A stretch of 64,000 bases of DNA from Candidatus Omnitrophota bacterium (GTDB taxonomy: Bacteria > Omnitrophota > Gorgyraeia > Gygaellales > Profunditerraquicolaceae), in the NCBI GenBank assembly GCA_028713155.1, contig JAQTPA010000004.1, forward strand, positions 8,305-72,304, written 5' to 3'. The notes below the pieces were generated by a model. The model had not been told where the DNA came from. It saw only the letters and a list, made by a program, of their open reading frames with translations, and made no database searches. Position numbers and translations under genes: made by a program. Shown piece by piece: positions 57,951 to 64,000 of the stretch (the stretch's first letter is position 1; each line of letters opens with the position of its first letter).

Positions 57951-58792
57951 AAACGATAAAACCTCCTTTAGTTTTATATAATGCTTTAAAAAAGTCCAGG
58001 CTGTCAGGTAGCTCGATCGGGTTTGTCCCGACGATGGGCGCTTTGCACGCCGGGCACATAAGCCTTATCCGCCAGGCGCGCCAGGAGAATGCTATTATTG
58101 TAGTGAGCATCTTCGTTAACCCGGCGCAATTCGGGCCTAAGGAAGACCTCAAAAAATACCCGCGTCCGCTGAATAAAGATTTAGCGCTTTGCCGTAAAGA
58201 GAGAGTAGATTTTGTTTTTCTTCCCAGCATAAAGGATATTTATAGCGAAGATTTTTCTACCTATGTTAGTGTTGAAAAGCTAAGCGGAGTTCTTTGCGGA
58301 ATAGCGCGGCCCGGGCATTTCCGGGGCGTAGCGACAATAGTTACCAAGCTTCTGAATATCATTCAACCGGATGTAATTTATCTTGGCCAGAAAGACGCGC
58401 AGCAGGCAATTATCATCAAGAAGATGGCCAGAGACCTGAATATCCCGGTCAAGGTAAAAATAATGCCGACAGTGCGCCAAAGCGATGGGTTAGCTTTAAG
58501 CTCAAGGAATGCTTATTTGGATAAAAAAGAAAGGCTGGACGCCTTAGTATTATCAAAAGCGTTAAGTCTAGCTAAATTGCTGGTTAACTCCGGAGCTAAA
58601 AGTCCCCTCAGGATTATAAGCAGGATGAAACAACTGATCAGCAGGAAGAAAAACGCCAGGATCGATTATATTGCCATTGTTGACGCGGCAAGCCTTAAGC
58701 CGGTCAGGAAAATTTCCGGAGAATGCTTAATCGCTTTAGCAGTACGCATAGGCAGAACCAGGTTGATCGATAACATAATAGTGAGGGTTTAG
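57947..58792 (+). CDS. panC: pantoate--beta-alanine ligase
   Basis: 'FVPTMGALHAGHISL' HIGH motif and 'VFGQKDAQQ'-like 'YLGQKDAQQ'. Confidence 0.9.
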   Translation: MKTIKPPLVLYNALKKSRLSGSSIGFVPTMGALHAGHISLIRQARQENAIIVVSIFVNPAQFGPKEDLKKYPRPLNKDLALCRKERVDFVFLPSIKDIYSEDFSTYVSVEKLSGVLCGIARPGHFRGVATIVTKLLNIIQPDVIYLGQKDAQQAIIIKKMARDLNIPVKVKIMPTVRQSDGLALSSRNAYLDKKERLDALVLSKALSLAKLLVNSGAKSPLRIISRMKQLISRKKNARIDYIAIVDAASLKPVRKISGECLIALAVRIGRTRLIDNIIVRV

Positions 58793-58796
58793 AATA

Positions 58797-59618
58797 ATGC
58801 ATAAATTAAAGATCGGGATCGTCGGTTGCGGCGCAATAGGAAGTTCTCTGGCCGGGGTAATTGTCAAAGAATCCAAGCGGGAGGCAGAGCTCTGTGCGCT
58901 TTTTGATATAGATAATAATAAAGCTAAGGGATTATCCAAAAAGTTATCCGGCCGGCCTGGCCTGGCGTCGGGTAACCTGAAGCAGTTAATCGCAAAATCA
59001 GAGTTGATAATTGAAGCGTCATCAGCCAAGGCCTCTTGGGATATCGCTAGAACAACCTTATCCGCAGGCAAGGATATAATGATTATGAGTGTGGGAGGGG
59101 TAGCTGAACGCCTGGCCCAGTTAACTGCGTTGGCTAAAAATAACCGCGCAAAAGTTTATATTCCCAGCGGTGCTCTTTGCGGTATTGACGGATTAAAAGC
59201 CGCAAGGATGGGCAGGATAAAACGGGTAATCCTTACTACCACCAAGAACCCAGGTTCTTTTAAGGGCGTCAAATACGTAGAAGCCAAAGGGATAAATTTA
59301 AAAAACGTAAAAAAGGATACTGTATTATTTTCGGGAAAGGCAGGCGAGGCAGTCAAATATTTTCCTCAAAATATCAATGTTGCCGCGGTCTTGAGCCTGG
59401 CGGGTATAGGCGTAAATAAAACTATGGTTAGGATTATCGCTTCTCCCAAAGTTACCAGGAATATTCACGAGGTGAGGATTGAGTCTGTTGCCGGTATGAT
59501 CACCACGCGCACCGAAAACGTCTTGCATCCGGATAATCCCAAGACAAGTTATTTAGCCGTCCTCTCCGCGATAGCCATGTTAAAGCAGATTCTGAAGCCG
59601 ATAGAGATCGGCACGTGA
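58797..59618 (+). CDS. nadX: L-aspartate dehydrogenase
   Basis: 'KIGIVGCGAIG', 'PSGALCGIDGL', 'FPQNINVAAVLSLAG', 'NIHEVRIES' and 'PDNPKTSYLAVLSAIAML' match the DUF108/NadX family. Confidence 0.75.
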   Translation: MHKLKIGIVGCGAIGSSLAGVIVKESKREAELCALFDIDNNKAKGLSKKLSGRPGLASGNLKQLIAKSELIIEASSAKASWDIARTTLSAGKDIMIMSVGGVAERLAQLTALAKNNRAKVYIPSGALCGIDGLKAARMGRIKRVILTTTKNPGSFKGVKYVEAKGINLKNVKKDTVLFSGKAGEAVKYFPQNINVAAVLSLAGIGVNKTMVRIIASPKVTRNIHEVRIESVAGMITTRTENVLHPDNPKTSYLAVLSAIAMLKQILKPIEIGT

Positions 59619-59652
59619 AGAAAATAACAAATAACGAACGATAAGAAGGGGG

Positions 59653-59904
59653 GTGAATCAGAAAATGGCAGAAAAATTAGTGAAACTCGGAATCAAGAGA
59701 GCAAAGGGTTTCCTCTATTACATTGACAAGCAAGGTGACGTCTCCTGTGCCAAAATGGCAAGGGGCGCGAAAAAAGGAGGCAGCCCGAAGAAGGTAGCCA
59801 AGTGCGGCATCAAGAGAAAAGAGGGTTACCTTTATTTCTTGGACAAGAAAGGTGATGTTTCCTGCGCCAAGATGAAAAGAGGCGGTAAAAAGAAAAAAAG
59901 ATAA
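59653..59904 (+). CDS. small basic protein made of two tandem ~37-aa repeats
   Basis: 83 aa. 'KLGIKRAKGFLYYIDKQGDVSCAKMARGAKKGG' is followed by 'KCGIKRKEGYLYFLDKKGDVSCAKMKRGGKKKK'. RBS aagggggg upstream and a strong terminator downstream. Confidence 0.5.
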   Translation: MNQKMAEKLVKLGIKRAKGFLYYIDKQGDVSCAKMARGAKKGGSPKKVAKCGIKRKEGYLYFLDKKGDVSCAKMKRGGKKKKR

Positions 59905-59906
59905 GT

Positions 59907-59954
59907 AAAAAAAGGGGGCGGTTCTGTTTTTTTATAAAAAACAGAACCGCCCCC
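59907..59954. terminator. strong (bidirectional-capable) rho-independent terminator
   Basis: 19-bp stem gggggcggttctgtttttt / aaaaaacagaaccgccccc around a tata loop, flanked by A- and T-runs. Confidence 0.75.
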
Positions 59955-59975
59955 AAGTTCCCCGGATATTCCCTT

Positions 59976-61175
59976 ATGGCAACAAAATCAACCTATAGGT
60001 TGCTTTTAGCATTAGTTATTGTCCTGGCCGTAAGTCTGCTTTTGCCTACTTTGGCCCGAGTGCCTTATTTTTCCTACGCTGACGATATATGTTACTTCAA
60101 ATACGCAACCTGCCTAGGCGAAAAAGGCCTTAACGGCTTGTCCGGCCTTTTTCAGGGATTTATCGCCGACCAGCCAAACTGGTTTAATCCTCATCCGCTC
60201 AGGATCGGTTTTATAATTCTGTCCGCAGCCTGGTTAAAAATACTGGGTTATTCGCTGCTGAATCTAGCTTTCCTGTCGTTGTTTTCTTACGCGCTTTTTT
60301 TGGGTTTTTCGTATTATTTTTCCAGGAAATACCTGGGAGAACAACTGGCTTTGTTATTGGTGATCCTCCTGGCTTTTTCTCCGCTCCAGATGGCCATGGC
60401 CCGCCGGGCGTTCGTAGACAGCTCCTTAAATCTATTTTCCCTGCTGGCGGTATGGTTGTTCTGGGATTTCCTGAAAAACAGGGGCAGGGCAAGATTCATT
60501 CTTTTTGTCGCCGTATATACCTGCAGTATTCTAATCAAAGAAACTTCGCTGTTATTGATTTTTGTTTTTTTCTCTTTTTTATTATTCAGTAGGTTCATTT
60601 ATAAGGAAAAAGTTCCCTTTAAAAAAACAACGGTCCTTTTAGCCCTTCCGGTTATCCTGGCAGGCCTGGTTTATCTGGCTTGCGGAGTTTCATCTTACAT
60701 GCCGGGCATTATTAAAATCTTATTAATGCCTGCGCCGGCTGATTCTTACGCCTCTTTATTCTGCTCCGGGCCATGGTACCGTTATCTGATCGATTATATG
60801 CTTCTTTCTCCGTGGGTCGTTATTTTAACCATCGGTTTTATCTTCAATTTTTTCTTAAAGAAGGAAGAAGACGGATTAAGCCTGTATTTTATTTTTGTTT
60901 TCCTGGTTAGCTTTATTTTATTCAGTGCTTTCCTGAAAAACGTGCGCTATATGATCATCTTGGATACGCCGATGCGTTTATTCTCCCTGTTCATGCTAAA
61001 CATGATAGCGCAGAGGATTTGGCCGCGCCAGGCAATGAAATTAACGGTTGTCCTGGTGGTCAGCTTAGCGTTCTTTGATTGGTTTAATTTTTATCATTTA
61101 TTTATTGCCGAAAATATCCATGATCCTACAAGCTTTTTCCTGCTTAAAGCTAAACAGATCATCCCTTTCCATTAA
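59976..61175 (+). CDS. polytopic membrane protein, GT-C fold glycosyltransferase-like (PMT_2/ArnT-type), second paralogue
   Basis: 399 aa, Phe/Leu-rich with ~10 TM segments. '[13 protein letters not shown]...[21 protein letters not shown]...[13 protein letters not shown]' parallels the PMT_2 N-terminal pattern seen in 39863-41389. Confidence 0.4.
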   Translation: MATKSTYRLLLALVIVLAVSLLLPTLARVPYFSYADDICYFKYATCLGEKGLNGLSGLFQGFIADQPNWFNPHPLRIGFIILSAAWLKILGYSLLNLAFLSLFSYALFLGFSYYFSRKYLGEQLALLLVILLAFSPLQMAMARRAFVDSSLNLFSLLAVWLFWDFLKNRGRARFILFVAVYTCSILIKETSLLLIFVFFSFLLFSRFIYKEKVPFKKTTVLLALPVILAGLVYLACGVSSYMPGIIKILLMPAPADSYASLFCSGPWYRYLIDYMLLSPWVVILTIGFIFNFFLKKEEDGLSLYFIFVFLVSFILFSAFLKNVRYMIILDTPMRLFSLFMLNMIAQRIWPRQAMKLTVVLVVSLAFFDWFNFYHLFIAENIHDPTSFFLLKAKQIIPFH

Positions 61176-61177
61176 CC

Positions 61178-63964
61178 ATGCAAAGCGAATCCATTATTAT
61201 CCGCGGCGCCAAAGAGCATAACCTGAAAAACATCAGCCTTACGCTTCCGCGCAATAGACTTATCGTAGTTACCGGTTTATCCGGTTCGGGTAAATCCAGC
61301 CTGGCTTTTGATACTATTTATGCCGAGGGTCAGCGCCGGTTCGTAGAGAGCCTCTCAAGCTATGCCCGGCAATTCTTAGAGCAATTGCAGAAGCCCGACC
61401 TGGAATATATATCGGGTCTATCGCCTGCCATCGCCATTGAGCAAAGGTCAGCCGGCGGAAATCCCCGTTCTACAGTAGCGACCCAGACAGAGATTTACGA
61501 TTATTTAAGGCTTCTTTTTGCGCGTATCGGTAAAATTTACTGTTATCAATGCGGCCAGCCGATAGAAAAGCAAAGCGCTCAAGAGATCGTTGAAAAAATA
61601 ATGTCTATGCCCCAGGGCACGGATATACAGATTTTAGCGCCTTTGGTGCGCGGGAGGAAAGGCGAGTATAGGGACATATTTCCCGGGATTCAGAAATCCG
61701 GATTTGTGCGCTGTCGCGTTGACGGTAAAATCTATGAGCTTCCGGCGAAGATTAAGTTAGCCAAATATAAGGCCCACAATATAGAAGTAGTGGTAGACCG
61801 GTTGACTTTGAGAGAGGGTATTAAAAGCAGGCTTACGGATTCGCTGGAGACAGCGCTAAAGGTGGGTAAGGGCGCGGTGATCATCAGCGCCAGGCAGGAG
61901 ACGGTTTTTAGTGAACAGTACGCTTGCCCTAGGTGCGGGGTAAATTACGCGGAAATTGAGCCGCGTATTTTTTCGTTCAATTCTCCTTACGGCGCCTGTA
62001 TTGAGTGCAACGGCCTGGGGACAAAAATCAAATTTGACCCGGATCTGGTCATCCCCGATAAAAGCAAATCTATAAACGCCGGGGCTATTGCTCCCTGGAA
62101 AAGAGGAGGCAGAGGTTATATCCTTTATTACCGCTGGCTTATACGTGAATTAGCCTCTCAACTGCATTTTGATTTAGATGCGCCGTTTAATAAATTGCCG
62201 AAAGATATCCGGCAGGCAATACTTTACGGTTCAGATGAATATGTGGGTAATAAGCCGTTTGAAGGGGTTATTCCGCACCTGGAGAGGTTATTCCGCCAGA
62301 CCGAGAGCGATTACCTGAAAGAAGAAATCTCCAGGTTTATGTCTTCCTCTGCTTGCCCCGCGTGTAAAGGCGCCCGGCTTAAAAAAGAGAGCCTGGCAGT
62401 CAGGATCAATGGGAAGAATATTTGGGAAGTAACACAGATGCCGATCAAAGAGGCACATGTTTTTTTCAATAGCCTGGAATTGAACGCTAAGGAAAAGTTG
62501 ATCGCCTATCAGGCCTTAAAGGAGATAACCCAAAAGTTGAAGTTTTGCATTGATGTCGGCCTGGATTACCTTACTTTAGACAGAAAGAGCGCGACCCTTT
62601 CAGGCGGTGAGGCGCAGAGGATCCATCTGGCTACCCAGGTAGGTTCGGGCCTGGTCGGCGTATTATATGTATTGGATGAGCCGAGCATCGGCCTGCATCA
62701 GCGGGATAATGCCAAATTATTAACCACGCTTAAATCGTTAAGGGACCTGGGTAATACCTTGTTGGTAGTTGAACATGATGAGGCGACTATACTGAGCGCC
62801 GATTATATCGTAGATTTAGGCCCCGGCGCGGGTTTGCACGGCGGAGAAGTGGTTTTTGCGGGGACTAAAGAAGAGCTTTTAAAAGACCGGCATTCTCTGA
62901 CAGCCAAATACCTGAGAAGGGAATTAAAAATAGAACTGCCTGCGGCAAGGAGGGATTGGCAGGATAAAAAATTCCTGGAGATAAGAGGCGCCGCCGAACA
63001 CAACCTTAAGAATATTAATATTCGGTTTCCTTTAGGGGCCTTTATCGGAGTCACCGGCGTATCCGGTTCGGGAAAGTCTACGCTTATTGACGAGATATTA
63101 TACCGGGCTTTGGCGCAAAAAATTTATAAATCAAAAGAGAAGCCGGGATTGTTCAAGAAAATCACCGGGGCGGAATTCATTGATAAAGTGATCGAGGTAG
63201 ACCAATCGCCGATCGGCCGGACCCCTCGCTCTAACCCGGCTACCTATACAGGGGTTTTTGGGGACATCCGTGATATCTTCAGTCGCCTTCCTGAGTCGCG
63301 CGTGCACGGCTATCAACCGGGAAGGTTTTCTTTTAATGTTAAGGGTGGCCGCTGCGAGGCCTGTATGGGCGACGGGATAAAGAAGATTGAAATGCATTTC
63401 CTGCCGGATGTCTATGTAAAATGCGACATCTGTAAGGGTTTGAGGTTTAATGAAGCGACCCTGGATGTAAAATATAAAGGTAAATCTATCGCCCAAGTCC
63501 TGGAGATGACCGTGGAAGAGGCGCTCGAGCTCTTCAGTAATATCCCGAAGATAAATAACACACTTACTTATCTTTATGATGTGGGTTTAGGGTATATACA
63601 TCTGGGCCAATCCGCGACCACTCTCTCCGGAGGCGAGGCGCAGAGGCTTAAGCTTTCCAGCGAATTAAGCAAACGCGCGACAGGGAGCACGCTTTACATA
63701 CTTGATGAACCGACTACGGGTTTACATTTTGCCGATGTCGCCAGGTTGATCAATGTATTGCAGAGGTTGGTGGATAAAGGCAATACCGTGGTGGTCATCG
63801 AGCATAACTTAGAGGTGATTAAGAGCGTAGACTACATCATTGATTTAGGCCCGGAAGGCGGGGATAAGGGGGGAGAACTGGTCGCCTCGGGCAGCCCGGA
63901 AGAACTTATCCGTAATCAAAGATCATACACAGCCCAGTTTCTAAAAAAGGCATTATTATATTGA
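61178..63964 (+). CDS. uvrA: excinuclease ABC subunit A
   Basis: 928 aa with two ABC ATPase modules (Walker A '[14 protein letters not shown]' and '[13 protein letters not shown]'), Zn-finger Cys clusters, and signatures '[12 protein letters not shown]' / '[12 protein letters not shown]'. Confidence 0.95.
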   Translation: MQSESIIIRGAKEHNLKNISLTLPRNRLIVVTGLSGSGKSSLAFDTIYAEGQRRFVESLSSYARQFLEQLQKPDLEYISGLSPAIAIEQRSAGGNPRSTVATQTEIYDYLRLLFARIGKIYCYQCGQPIEKQSAQEIVEKIMSMPQGTDIQILAPLVRGRKGEYRDIFPGIQKSGFVRCRVDGKIYELPAKIKLAKYKAHNIEVVVDRLTLREGIKSRLTDSLETALKVGKGAVIISARQETVFSEQYACPRCGVNYAEIEPRIFSFNSPYGACIECNGLGTKIKFDPDLVIPDKSKSINAGAIAPWKRGGRGYILYYRWLIRELASQLHFDLDAPFNKLPKDIRQAILYGSDEYVGNKPFEGVIPHLERLFRQTESDYLKEEISRFMSSSACPACKGARLKKESLAVRINGKNIWEVTQMPIKEAHVFFNSLELNAKEKLIAYQALKEITQKLKFCIDVGLDYLTLDRKSATLSGGEAQRIHLATQVGSGLVGVLYVLDEPSIGLHQRDNAKLLTTLKSLRDLGNTLLVVEHDEATILSADYIVDLGPGAGLHGGEVVFAGTKEELLKDRHSLTAKYLRRELKIELPAARRDWQDKKFLEIRGAAEHNLKNINIRFPLGAFIGVTGVSGSGKSTLIDEILYRALAQKIYKSKEKPGLFKKITGAEFIDKVIEVDQSPIGRTPRSNPATYTGVFGDIRDIFSRLPESRVHGYQPGRFSFNVKGGRCEACMGDGIKKIEMHFLPDVYVKCDICKGLRFNEATLDVKYKGKSIAQVLEMTVEEALELFSNIPKINNTLTYLYDVGLGYIHLGQSATTLSGGEAQRLKLSSELSKRATGSTLYILDEPTTGLHFADVARLINVLQRLVDKGNTVVVIEHNLEVIKSVDYIIDLGPEGGDKGGELVASGSPEELIRNQRSYTAQFLKKALLY

Positions 63965-64000
63965 AGATGAATAGGGCAGGAATACTTTTGGTTATTTTAC

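Noticed and set aside
1-64000. Search for CRISPR arrays, tRNA/rRNA genes, transposases, integrases or phage genes.
   Set aside because: No short regularly spaced direct repeats, no cloverleaf-compatible intergenic sequences, and no recombinase-like ORFs were seen. Intergenic regions are short and are accounted for by promoters and terminators.

Overview
This is a bacterial chromosomal segment of about 64 kb with moderate GC content. About 70 genes are tightly packed and all but one lie on the + strand. From 5' to 3' the window holds a DUF2062/GNAT pair, an Mla/MCE lipid-transport operon (STAS-MlaE fusion, MlaF, MlaD, DUF330 lipoprotein), a cyclophilin, a secreted PIG-L deacetylase, pgi and dusB, and an AbrB-type regulator followed by an RND efflux system (adaptor, pump, outer membrane factor) and a B12-binding radical SAM enzyme. 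After recG comes a second, non-canonical type-II FAS/PKS-like cluster: a KS-like protein lacking its catalytic triad (CLF-like), a ketoreductase, a dedicated ACP, FabZ and a catalytic KS, then a convergent DUF482/FemAB-like gene, an alpha/beta hydrolase and a CrtI-like FAD oxidoreductase. It is followed by rsmD-coaD and the canonical yceD-rpmF-plsX-fabH-fabD-fabG-acpP-fabF cluster, then leuCDB-asd-truA, rplM-rpsI, a complete argCJBDFGH operon, lysA-dapF-dapA-dapB-dapL, folK-panC-nadX and uvrA. Three polytopic GT-C-like membrane proteins sit among the biosynthetic operons, one of them STT3/AglB-like. The candidate system worth most attention is the KS/CLF lipid or polyketide-like cluster at 20.9-28.2 kb. 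Smaller observations are the STT3-like gene inside the dap operon, a two-copy 52-nt terminator-associated repeat, several consensus promoters placed for leaderless mRNAs, and a small basic protein with a perfect internal tandem repeat. No rRNA, tRNA, CRISPR array, transposase or integrase was recognised.
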